Source: Octopus bimaculoides (taxonomy: Eukaryota). Taken from it: a DNA stretch of 40,630 bases. Both the position numbers and the translations under genes were made by a program. A model generated the notes under the pieces. The model worked only from the letters and a program-made list of their open reading frames with translations, was not told where the DNA came from and searched no databases. The DNA lies in contig NC_068982.1 of NCBI RefSeq assembly GCF_001194135.2, positions 162,456,263-162,496,892 on the forward strand, given 5' to 3'. Every line of letters begins with the position of its first letter. Position 1 is the first letter of the stretch. Positions 1 to 9,754 of this stretch are shown piece after piece.

Positions 1-345
1 GATGATGATGATAGTGATCATCATCATCATCATCATCGTTTAACGTCCGCTTTCCATGCTAGCATGGGTTGGACGATTTGACTGAGGACTGGTGAAACCG
101 GATGGCAACACCAGGCTCCAGTCTGATTTGGCAGAGTTTCTACAGCTGGATGCCCTTCCTAACGCCAACCACTCAGAGAGTGTAGTGGGTGCTTTTACGT
201 GTCACCCGCACGAAAACGGCCACGCTCGAAATGGTGTCTTTTATGTGCCACCCGCACAAGCCAGTCCAAGGGCACTGGCAACGATCTCGCTCGAAAATCC
301 TACAGGAGCCAGTCAGGCGGTACTGGCAACGGCCACGCTCAAGTG
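1..345 (-). mobile_element. RTE-LINE-related 3'-end repeat (family A; 5'-truncated RTE 3'UTR or RTE-mobilised SINE), young copy with (GAT)n tail
   Basis: (CAT)n tract followed by CGTTTAACGTCCGCTTTCCATGCTAGCATGGGTTGGACG...CAGCTGGATGCCCTTCCTAACGCCAACCACTC. The same block recurs about ten times in the window. Confidence 0.85.
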
Positions 346-397
346 ATATACACATGAATAGTGTAAACTGATTAAAAGTTTCCACAGAAGTAGTGTT

Positions 398-609
398 CAA
401 CCCAGCTGAAACCGCCTCTGGCTCTGGCTCAAGTGTCTTGTTTTCAAAAGTTCTGAATTAAAATCTTCCACCAAACCTTAGTCACAATTTATTTTCCTAA
501 CACTAGTTTAATGATAACTAAGTTATTTTCCTAAATTCTTTGTTATATTTAAAATTAATTGAAAGAAACACAGAGCAACTCAACAGAAATATGATAACAA
601 AAGGGCTAA
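398..609. mobile_element. MITE-like DNA-transposon fragment, possibly piggyBac-type
   Basis: Ends in ...GATAACAAAAGGGCTAA, resembling an AAAGGGTTAA terminus. The other end is truncated. Recognised from memory as a common octopus repeat; not repeated within the window. Confidence 0.4.
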
Positions 610-1226
610 AAGAATTGTTGCAATCTTTTTTTAGAAAAATTAAAGACAAAAACAAATGACAAATGTAGTATTTCATTTTCACTTACATTCTCACCAGTTT
701 CATATGTTCTGGACCTATCAAAGGCAAAAGACAATGTAACTACAATAATTGAAACATATAAGAAGGAATTTATTGCAGCTAGATGAAGAACTAGGGTATC
801 AGGTTACAAGACAAAGAGTATTCAGTAAAGAATTTAAGTGAAAGCTATGATTTTTAAACACTTAAGTGACAGGTTAAGATTTTAAACAACAGACTGCACT
901 AGAGAGATTGGTAAGCAGATAAAAATAGGTGAGAGTATTGTGGGTAGAAGAATGAGGTAATCAGGTTAAATTATAAAGAGTGGTTAGTTGAACTTTGGCT
1001 CCAGACAACTCATAAATATTTAAGTGCTTACTTTGGTCTTGTATGTAGATTATTAGAAAAAAATTAACCTTTATGAAATATACAAAGACATACACATTCA
1101 CACATACATAACACTTTATCATTTAAACTAACAGCATCTGGCCCAAATATTCTACCTGTTTTATGTGAAAACCAGACAGATCCAGCTTCACACACTGATC
1201 CTACAATGTCATTCTAAAAATATACA

Positions 1227-2077
1227 ATCATCATTATCATCATCATTTAACATCTGCTTTCCATGCCGGCATGGGTTGGATGGTTTGAGTGAAACTGGTA
1301 AACGGAGGGGGAGCTGCACTAGGTTCCATTCTGATTTGGCAAGGTTTCTACAGCTGGATGCCCTTCCTAACACAAACCACTCTGAGAGTGTATTAGGTGT
1401 TTTTTACGTGCCACCAGCATGGGTGCCATTGACCAGACACCAGCATCGGCCACGACTACAGTCTCACTTGGTTTGAGAAGTCTACACAAGCATGATATAT
1501 CGCCAAAGGTTTTGATCACCTGCCACTGTCTCCATGAGGCCCAATGCTCGAAAGGTGCTTTTTACATGCCAGTCAAACAGCACTGTCGTCAGTCACTCAG
1601 TTTAACAGGTCTTCACAAGCACAGCATATCACCCAACGATTGAAGGGTGCTTTTAATGGGCCAGTTACCTGACACTGGCATCAGCCACAACTATGATCTC
1701 ACTTGGCATGACGGGTCTTCTCAAGCACGACATATCTCCAAAGGTCTCAGTCGCTTGTCATTGCCTCTGTGAGGCCCAACATTCGAAGATCGTGCTTCAT
1801 CACCTCGTCCCATGTTTTCCTGGGTCTACTCTCTTCCACAGATTCCTTCTACTGTTAGGATGTGACACTTCTTCACACAGCTGTCCTCATCCATATGCAT
1901 CACATGACCATACCAGCACAGTCGTCTCTCTTGCACACCACATCTGATGCTTCTTATGTCCAACTTTTCTCTCAGGACACTTATACTCTGTTATGCATGC
2001 ACACTGACATTGCACATCCAGTGGAGCATACTAGCTTCATTTCTTACAAGCTTATGCATGTCCACAGCAGTCACAGT
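1227..2077 (-). mobile_element. RTE-clade LINE 3' end: RT C-terminus, modular 3'UTR and (GAT)n tail
   Basis: The minus strand reads AVDMHKLVRNEASMLHWMCNVSV..LREKLDIRSIRCGVQERRLCWYGHVMHMDEDSCVKKC..RPRKTWDEVMKHDLRMLGLTEAMTSD*DLWRYVVLEKTRHAK*, typical of the RTE ORF end. It runs directly into the family-A block. Confidence 0.9.
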
Positions 2078-2160
2078 CAGTGGCGGACTGGCCAGGTTGT
2101 CAGCTTGCCCGATGGCAAGTGGGCCCCTGTGCCATTAGAATCCATATATGGGGGCCCATG
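2078..2160 (+). mobile_element. single hAT-type terminal fragment
   Basis: Begins CAGTGGCGGACTGGCC, a hAT-like TIR start, with internal GGGCCCC/GGGGCCC. No matching opposite TIR nearby. Confidence 0.5.
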
Positions 2161-2465
2161 TCAGACTGGTAGGTGAACAGGTGACTGGCCGGTTTCCTGA
2201 AGTTAGTATTACAGATAATAAGATCATTATTTGTCTCACAGAACTCCAGCAGCCTGGTTCCCTCATTGCGGGAACTAAATCTGTTGCTACCATGCACACC
2301 ATGGAAGCTCCCTAGATGTTGTCCAACATGCCCATTGAAGTCACCATCCACAAAGAGAAGGTCTCTGTCGTTTGTCGACAAGGTAATCTGCAAGAGGATG
2401 TCTTTCTGTTCTTCAGGTAGACCTGACTGAGGGGCATAGGCCGAGATAATGGTTGCAGCACTTGT
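2161..2465 (-). mobile_element. RTE-clade LINE AP-endonuclease fragment
   Basis: AATIISAYAPQSGLPEEQKDILLQITLSTNDRDLLFVDGDFNGHVGQ...GSNRFSSRNEGTRLLEFCETNNDLIICNTNFRKPASHLFTYQS contains the SAYAP, GDFNGHVG, RN.EG..LL.FC and NT.F.K motifs. Confidence 0.9.
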
Positions 2466-3064
2466 CTAAGCTTAAATATTCTATCACAGACTCTGACTAC
2501 CTTGATTACTTTATCAACCCATTTTGCAGCAAGGAGGATACCAACACTCCCAATCCCATCACTGTTCCTTACCCAGAAATTCTTATACCTGTTTTTTGCC
2601 AGTGAAGAGCCTAGCAGAACCTCCTCTCCACCTTACCTTTTGGATGCAACACAAATCTACACACCTCCATTCAAGCAACTCAACAATCACATTAATAAAA
2701 TCTCAAAACTACAAGATATTGCAGGATAAATTCAAAACAATGTAAATAAATAAGCATTATATTTGCCAGAGTAATCTGAAAACTAAAAGGTTAAACACAT
2801 ATTTACTTGCACACACACACATACATAGGTTAATCATATACAGCATCTATCCAAACAGTATGTGAAGGTGTGCTTGTATGCCCTAGTATGTGTATCTGAA
2901 TCATCCTTTGTTGTATGTTAGTATTTGTTGTCATAAGTCAAAAACATTATTTGTCAACCATTCAAGCAAGGTTTATATTTCATTGTTCCTTAACTCCCTC
3001 TATCTGGCATAAATCTGCTTTCCTCTTGATGCTATAATCTCACCCATTCAAGGAGTTTTTTTCT

Positions 3065-3290
3065 TTGTTTAGCAAGTTGCCTGGCAATCTCACATGTGCT
3101 GGTGCCAAGAAAAAAATGCATGCAGTACACCCAGTAAAATCGTTGGCATTAGAAAGGGCATCCAGCCATAGAAACTAAGCCAAACTAAGCCATTGGAGCT
3201 TGATGCAATCCCCTAGCTCTTTGGATCCTGTCAAATTATCCAAACCATTCTTATATGGAAGATGGATGTGGAATTATGATGTTGATGATG
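3065..3290 (+). mobile_element. family A repeat, diverged copy
   Basis: TTGGCATTAGAAAGGGCATCCAGCCATAGAAACT...GGAAGATGGATGTGGAATTATGATGTTGATGATG. Confidence 0.7.
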
Positions 3291-3942
3291 ATATATGTAT
3301 GCATACATCATGCATATATGTATTTATGTATGTATTACAATTAGGAAAAACATGTTTATTAGAGTTTTGAGCTAAAGAAGTGGCCACTGAGACAGTGATG
3401 AAATTGATAGAATTCCAGAATTCTAAGACTTTGTTCACATCATAAGATGACATTACAGAATACACTTCTGAACAAAATACTTTTTGCCATTTCCTTACAT
3501 TGTTATGTGGTATTTATCTTGCATTCCTTTGGATTGCATTGCTTACAGTATGAATGATATATTAATATTTGGATAACTAACATTTTCATCCTACTCAGAC
3601 TTCTATATAATGGAGTTGCCTACCATTACATGTATATCTGCAGAATGTATGAGCTTCTTTATTTGTACTTCTTTGTGTGTGTGTGTGTGTGTGCATGTTC
3701 TTGTACATGTATGTAGGTCTTCGACTTGGTTTCAAGCCTAACCACTTTTTTGATGCAGTAATATGCCTTAACAGGTTTGCTAACATTACTACCATGCACT
3801 CTTGCATAATAACTAACTACCTAACACTGATTTTGTTTTAAATTTTTGTGATGTGTTTTCATCTATATTGTTTTGTATAAACAAATACCTTACAATTGCA
3901 TAAGTGTCAGCATTTTCTCATAAGTACTATAACAATTGTGCC

Positions 3943-3948
<6 letters not shown>

Positions 3949-4004
<56 letters not shown>
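3949..4004. repeat. (TA)n microsatellite
   Basis: Perfect TA run. Confidence 0.95.
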
Positions 4005-4008
<4 letters not shown>

Positions 4009-4319
4009 CAATTTTTGCCATGGAAATGGATTTTAAAAAATCAATGGAAAAGAAAAATACTAGTCAATAACAAATTGAAATACAGTTATACAAATCTCAA
4101 GAGCAGAAGCTGTCATTTACTTTCGAAATCATTCAACACAAAACTAGTCATTCTGTTTATTTTTTTGTATTTGGTTCATAATACTTAATGAAATAGTTTG
4201 AAGTTTTCTAAATTAACCAACAGTGTATCTATTTCCTTATTGCAACTACATCTCTATTTAGTTGTTCTGTTTGTCTTTTGTATTGAAAGTTCATTCTGCT
4301 TTCTTAATATTTTGATATT

Positions 4320-4653
4320 CATGGCACCGTCGCCTTCCTGGCACGTATAAAGACATTTGAGCGAGATCATTGCCAGTGCCGCTGGGCTGGCTCCTATGCA
4401 GGTGGCACGTAAAATACACCATTTTGTGCGTGGCTGTTGCCAGTACTGCCTGACTGACATTTGTGCCGGTGGCACATAAAAGCACCTACTACACTCTCGG
4501 AGTGGTTGGTGTTAGGGAGGGCATCCAGCTGTAGAAACTCTGCCAAATCAGATTGGAGCCTGGTGTAGCCTTCTGGTTCACCAGTCCTCAGTCAAATCGT
4601 CCAACCCATGCTAGCATGGAAAGCGGACGTTAAACGATGATGATGATGATGAT
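4320..4653 (+). mobile_element. family A repeat, young copy
   Basis: Ends ...CCAACCCATGCTAGCATGGAAAGCGGACGTTAAACGATGATGATGATGAT; reverse complement of the 1-345 copy. Confidence 0.85.
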
Positions 4654-5286
4654 AAATTTTGATAATCTGCTGTGCTTCACAACATTTATAAGAGATTTCT
4701 TCATCATTATTGTAGCAGCTCTTTTGAGGTAAGTTGCTGCCATACTATAGAATCACACTTAAGTGTGATTTAATTTTTTTCCATTAAGGCCAATAAAAAT
4801 CTTTCTCTCTAAATTTTCAAAGTCTCTACTTACTTGGTGGAGTTGTTCTGTTTATTTATTTTTTTTTTGGAAGTTCATTCTGCTATCTTCATTGTCTTAT
4901 AATGTTTTAATATTAATAACTTCATATGATTCACCCAGCATTGCAACAGTCATAAAAAAATGTCGATGCTACTTTAGCATGCAACCTACTGTAGTATATG
5001 TAGTATATGATGTGAAATGACCTGATCTGGGTTAGGATTAGGAACACTGAAATTACAGATTGAAAATTCAGAAGGCCAATGCATGGTAGTACCTTCCTCA
5101 TGTCTACACAAGAAATGTTGTTCTTTATGAACTTATACAGTAAATCATACCTGTATAGGTTTTTGGAGTGATAAATATAATTTCCTTATTTTCCTGTTAT
5201 TTTGGTATTCTTATTTATTTCCTCATCCTTTTTAATGCACCAACTTTCATCAGATAACTTTTTCAACAATAATTTCATCATTACAG

Positions 5287-5510
5287 TGAGATGGCAAAAT
5301 TGTTAGCATGCTGGGCATAATACTTAGCAGCATTTTGTCCATCTTTATGTTCTGAGTTCAAATTCCACTGAGATCAACTTAGCCTTTCATCCTTTCGGGA
5401 TTGATAAATTAAGTACCAGTGAAACATTGGAGTCAATGTAATCAACTTATCTCCTTTCCCCAAATTTCTGGCCTTGTGCCTGTAGTAAAAAGGATTATTG
5501 ATGGTTCAGG
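5287..5510 (+). mobile_element. tRNA-derived SINE (family B)
   Basis: A-box-like TGGCAAAATTG, B-box-like GAGTTCAAATTCC, central GCCTTTCATCCTTTCGGGATTGATAAATTAAGTACCAG and an (ATT)-type tail. More than ten copies in the window. Confidence 0.8.
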
Positions 5511-5713
5511 TACTCTAAATATATATATATTCGTAATATATATAAGCAGTGTGTTTGTGGATAGTTAAGGAGGGTGCACAGCTGATGACCTTAATCCAAA
5601 CATATGTAGCATATGCAGTTGTTCTTTCTTTACCTGTTCACGAGCATACTGTATGAAGACGTAATGTTTACATTGATCATAACATACAATGCTGACTAAA
5701 AAACATCTATAGG

Positions 5714-6035
5714 TACAGGCATGACCATGTGATTAAGAAGCTTGCTTTGTAACTACATGGTTTCAGGTTCAGTCTTACTGCAAGTGTCTTCTATAGTCCT
5801 GAGCCAACTAATGCTTTGTGAATGAATTTGGTAGATGGAAACAGTGTGGAAGCCCCAATGTGTGTATGTATTTGTTCTTCTCACTGCTTGAGAACTGTTG
5901 TGAGTTTGTTTACATCCCTGTAAGTTAGCAGTTCAGCAAAAGAGGCCAACTGAAAAAAATACCAGGCTTCAAAATAAGAAATATGTACTGGGGTTAATTT
6001 GTTCAGCTAAAACTTTTCAAGGTGGTGCCCCTTAA
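5714..6035 (+). mobile_element. tRNA-derived SINE (family C), diverged
   Basis: GGTTCAGTC B-box-like motif, CAAGTGTCTTCTATAG, TGAATTTGGTAGATGGAAAC, internal (TG)n, and a GGTGGTGCCCC 3' part. Confidence 0.7.
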
Positions 6036-6179
6036 GAGATATTCTATAGTATAACAACAGAATGAAACACTGCTAATACCTCAGTAATAAAATAAGGTGC
6101 CAGTCAGGTTCTGGAGTTGATGATATAAACCAACCTCTCTCTCCACAAAAACTGCTGGGATGTGTCTAAACTAGAAATG

Positions 6180-6412
6180 TAGGCATGGCTGTGTGGTAAG
6201 GCATTTGTTTCCCAACCACTTCTACTACAATCTCGAGCCAACAAAAGAGTGGATTTGGTTGATGGAAATTGAAAAAAGCGCGTTGTGTGCGCGTGTGTGT
6301 GTGTGTATGTGTGTGTATCCTCCGAAACCGTTTGACAACCGATGCTGGTGTGTTTATGTCCCCTGTAACTTAGCGGTGCAGCAAGAGACGATAGAACACC
6401 AGGCTTTATATA
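6180..6412 (+). mobile_element. family C SINE, 3'-truncated
   Basis: GGCATGGCTGTGTGGTAAG...TTGACAACCGATGCTGGTGTGTTTATGTCCCCTGTAACTTAGCGG; matches the 7542-7845 copy. Confidence 0.75.
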
Positions 6413-6900
6413 GCAATAAGAAAATGGAGGGGAATATGAGGTACTCATCAACTTGCAGACACTGTATTCCGTTGATTAATCTGTTTATTTTATCACTAAA
6501 TTGACAAAAAACACAATACACAGACACTTATGACATACCATGTCATATCAACAATTAAGATTTCAAACTTAAAGGACATTTAGCAATTGGAGAAGGGACA
6601 GAATCTTACAGCTGTTTCGGCCTAGCGTTGGCATGCCCCATTCTATCACTATAGCTCCTGTACGCTGGAGAAATTAGTAGATGAAAATGATGTAATGGGG
6701 ATACATGCATGATTCGCTAGGCCTCTTCAGAGATTTTCTAAATTCAATACATGAATTTTGCCAAATTTTAATACAAATATAAAATAAGAATAAAATAAAA
6801 AATAAAAACATAAGGCACATAAAAAACCTACAAAAAGTATATAAAACCATATAAATAGTCATAAAAACTCCAATATACATGCCTATGCATGTATACATTA
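6412..6900 (-). mobile_element. Penelope-like (PLE) pseudo-LTR or retrozyme-like fragment carrying a hammerhead
   Basis: On the minus strand: a T-rich tract (6770-6870), then the hammerhead, then AATAAA. This layout is known for PLE terminal repeats. No ORF remains. Confidence 0.55.
6602..6735 (-). ncRNA. type I hammerhead ribozyme with extended stem II
   Basis: Minus strand: AAUCU-CUGAAGA-GGCCUAGCG-(87 nt)-CGCUAGGCC-GAAA-CAGCUG-UA^-AGAUU. All core nucleotides are present, with a 5-bp stem I, 9-bp stem II, palindromic stem III and GUA cleavage triplet. Confidence 0.85.
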
Positions 6901-7044
6901 CCATATGCAGATATACAAGGATACAAAAACATAACTACATGAGTACATATATGTGTGCTCAGATGCACATACACAGATGACTGCACATGCATACCAAAAT
7001 AGTCAACAGTCACTCTCACCATATGTGATGGGGACAGACACATA

Positions 7045-7329
7045 TATATCTGGCTCTCTGTCGGTTACTCCGACAAAGGTCCCAGTTGATCCGATCAACG
7101 GAACAGCCTGCTCGTGAAAGTAACGTGCAAGTGGCTGAGCACTCAACAGACACGTGTACCCTTAATGTAGTTCTCGGGGAGATTCAGCGTGAGACAGAGT
7201 GTAACAAGGCTGGCCCTTTGAAATACAGGAACAACAGAAACTGGAAGAAAGAGAAGGTTGTGGTGAAAGAGTACAGCAGGGTTCGCAACCACCCCTTGTC
7301 GGAGCCTGGTGGAGCTTTAGGTGTTTTTG
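7045..7329. mobile_element. interspersed repeat, SINE-like and unclassified
   Basis: CpG-retaining block GATCCGATCAACGGAACAGCCTGCTCGTG...GGCTGGCCCTTTGAAATACAGG, recognised from memory as a common octopus repeat. Abuts a gap. Confidence 0.5.
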
Positions 7330-7541
7330 NNNNNNNNNNNNNNNNNNNNNNNNNNNNNNNNNNNNNNNNNNNNNNNNNNNNNNNNNNNNNNNNNNNNNNN
7401 NNNNNNNNNNNNNNNNNNNNNNNNNNNNNNNNNNNNNNNNNNNNNNNNNNNNNNNNNNNNNNNNNNNNNNNNNNNNNNNNNNNNNNNNNNNNNNNNNNNN
7501 NNNNNNNNNNNNNNNNNNNNNNNNNNNNNNNNNNNNNNNNN

Positions 7542-7609
7542 ACCGACCAAAGCCTTGTGAGTGGATTTGGTAGACGGAAACTGAAAGAAGCCCGTCGTAT
7601 ATATATGTG

Positions 7610-7660
<51 letters not shown>

Positions 7661-7845
7661 TTGTCCCCCCAACATCGCTTGACAACCGATGCTGTTTACG
7701 TCCCCGTAACTTAGCGGTTCGGCAAAAGAGAGCTATAGAATAAGTACTAGGCTTCCAAAGAATAAGTCCTGGGGTCGATTTGCTCGACTAAAAGGCGGTG
7801 CTCCAGCATGGCCACAGTCAAATTACTGAAACAAGTACAAGAGTA
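7542..7845 (+). mobile_element. family C SINE, young copy with internal (TA)n(TG)n
   Basis: CCGACCAAAGCCTTGTGAGTGGATTTGGTAGACGGAAACTGAAAGAAGCCCGTCG...AAAGGCGGTGCTCCAGCATGGCC; CpGs intact. Confidence 0.85.
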
Positions 7846-8273
7846 TATACTTTGCTTTATGTATTGAGTCCCATTTCTCCTAGTTGTTAAAGTAAATGCG
7901 CGCGCGCGTGTTTGTGTGTGTGTGTGTGTGCATAAACCAGAGAATTATTAATTATATTTCTCTATGTAGATTAACTATAAACACATGTAGAATCCCTATA
8001 TATCATCTTTTTGAACTACTAATCTTTAATTGAGGAAATGTAATAAGAACGAGATTCTGGAATTACATACGGAATGATCGGAGGTTGAAATAACGTACTC
8101 TCTTTTTGGTGGTAGTGGTGGTGGGCGTTGCAGATAATTTTAGAACATTAATAAAATGGAAGTAGGCAGCAAATAATCATTAAAAAAAAGATTCTTAATT
8201 TTTGTTTACAATTACGAGAGATATTGTCGGTGAAGAAGCTTGAAAGTAACGTTTCATTGATTTACAATATCGT

Positions 8274-8416
8274 AAAGGCAGTTCCCGGTGTTATACAATG
8301 AAACTTAGAGGCAGTACCAGCCTGTTTAACTGTGCGTGAAGGCAGTACCTAACAGATTACATTGAAGTTGCGGGAGGTAGGACCTAGATGTTTACTATGA
8401 AACTGAAGGCAGGACC
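8274..8416 (+). promoter_or_regulatory. five-copy ~33-bp phased motif array (RRAGGYAGKWCC) in the putative PHPT1 promoter
   Basis: AAAGGCAGTTCC 8274, AGAGGCAGTACC 8307, GAAGGCAGTACC 8338, GGAGGTAGGACC 8373, GAAGGCAGGACC 8405. Located in a CpG-retaining region 460-600 nt upstream of the ATG. The regulatory role is inferred. Confidence 0.5.
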
Positions 8417-8419
8417 TGC

Positions 8420-8874
8420 GCACGTTCGATAAGCGTTTCTTACACGTGCCAAATCACATCTACCTTCTTCTCCTCCTACACATAAGAGCGACCGCCCTCT
8501 TAGCGAGTTCTTCTCACTTGCACTTCTCTCTCACAATCTTTTCATCCTTTCTCCATTTCGAAAGTGTACTGTTGCTTTATCACCGTGTTGCATCACTACC
8601 TTCTTCACTCTAACTTATACACTTTCTTTCTTCGACTATTACTCGCTTACCGCACTCTTTTTCAGTTTGACTCTCCCCCACAGAAACTCAGCTACATACT
8701 AATTATTGAATCATTAACATTCTTTAGCCTGACTGCCGCCAGCTTCCGTTTTGCCACACTTTCCTGTTCTTACTTTCTTTCATTCCGGGTTGTCCATTCC
8801 ACCGAAGCTTCTCACAGACAGACATATAGGCACCTTAAGAAAGTTTTCGGAAACATTGTAAATTTCATCTAACT
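8420..8874 (+). other. probable 5' leader/UTR of the PHPT1-like gene
   Basis: Pyrimidine-rich and G-poor, with no ATG on the + strand from about 8400 to 8874. The TSS cannot be determined. Confidence 0.45.
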
Positions 8875-9061
8875 ATGGCTGTAGCAGCGGCAACTATAGC
8901 TTCAGCCGGAGCTTTCAAGAATCCCAAACTGAAAGCAATTAACGATGTTGACACCGACAAACACGGCAGGTTTAAATACATATTGATCAAAGTGCATGAT
9001 CCCGAGAAAGACCGCGAATTTAAGCATATCATCCGAGGATACAGTCGTCATGAATATCACT
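8875..9061 (+). CDS. PHPT1: 14 kDa phosphohistidine phosphatase (Janus/Ocnus family), coding exon 1; partial gene
   Basis: MAVAAATIASAGAFKNPKLKAINDVDTDKHGRFKYILIKVHDPEKDREFKHIIRGYSRHEYH matches the family motifs DVDID..G.FKY.LI.V and K.I.RGY...EYH (catalytic His). Good start context (ACTATGG). Canonical donor T|GTAAGT at 9061/9062, phase 1 just after the His codon. Confidence 0.93.
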
Positions 9062-9754
9062 GTAAGTTTATTTTTTATTTTTTATGGCCCTTTCTATCAC
9101 TACTATACATCATTTTGTCTGTAATCAACATAATCCGAAGCGGGGTCCTTCTATATGGTTACTCGGTCTGCTAAAAATCACTTTCTCATATTATACTCTA
9201 CCATATATTTAATTTGCCATCCGTTTTAACATCACTACCTGGTCTTTGAAGTCCTTTAGTGGGGTCCACCCTCCTGCAAGATTTCGGACCAAGTTTTTGG
9301 TCTGACTATAACTTCCTCCTGCTAATCTCAGTGGCCTCGAAAATAGTCAAGAGCGTTACGTGTCCGTCTTTTGTCCGGTTTCACAACATGTCTTTATTTT
9401 CTTTTTTTATTTCGTATATATCTTCTATATATGTTCAGCCTTTGCTTTACATGTTGTGTTAATCACAAACTGGGAATAATTCCTAAGTTAAAAATCTATT
9501 CGAAAGCAATCTGCAAAGTAACCTAAAGCTCTTAATCATAACTAAGAAGAATTTCTTTAACAAACTTCACTCTAACATTACTTTAAATTGAACATATGTT
9601 CTTACTGTCTGTGATAGCAAACTGACAATAATTCCGAAAATAGCATTAATTCTATGACTATTGATAGAGAGGGAAGTGCTGCCCTCCGGTAAATTTTATG
9701 GAAAGTGGAAAAAAGTGGCGAAATTGACGTGCCTAAAGAACAATAACAATAATA

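Noticed and set aside
82-97. CTGAGGA-CTGGT-GAAAC in young family A copies looks like a hammerhead core
   Set aside because: Only 5 nt lie between CUGANGA and GAAA, so stem II cannot form, and there is no stem III or NUH.
5030-5112. Possible minus-strand micro-exon (TTTCTTGTGTAG|ACATGAGG...TCT|GTAATT) of a divergent gene
   Set aside because: Short, with no recognisable protein similarity; such site pairs are common by chance.
5582-5608. CTGATGA..AAAC-ATAT-GTA hammerhead-like remnant
   Set aside because: G12 is missing and neither stem I nor stem II pairs. At best a dead PLE trace.
8274-8416. CRISPR-like repeat/spacer appearance of the 33-bp array
   Set aside because: Eukaryotic context, repeats only 12 nt and imperfect, spacers mutually related, and no cas genes.
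9062-9174. ORF-track read-through to ...LLYGYSVC*, reminiscent of the PHPT1 VYGYS motif
   Set aside because: A perfect GTAAGT donor precedes it, the intervening sequence is T-rich and lacks DIYD/GGGRI. Treated as intron and coincidence.
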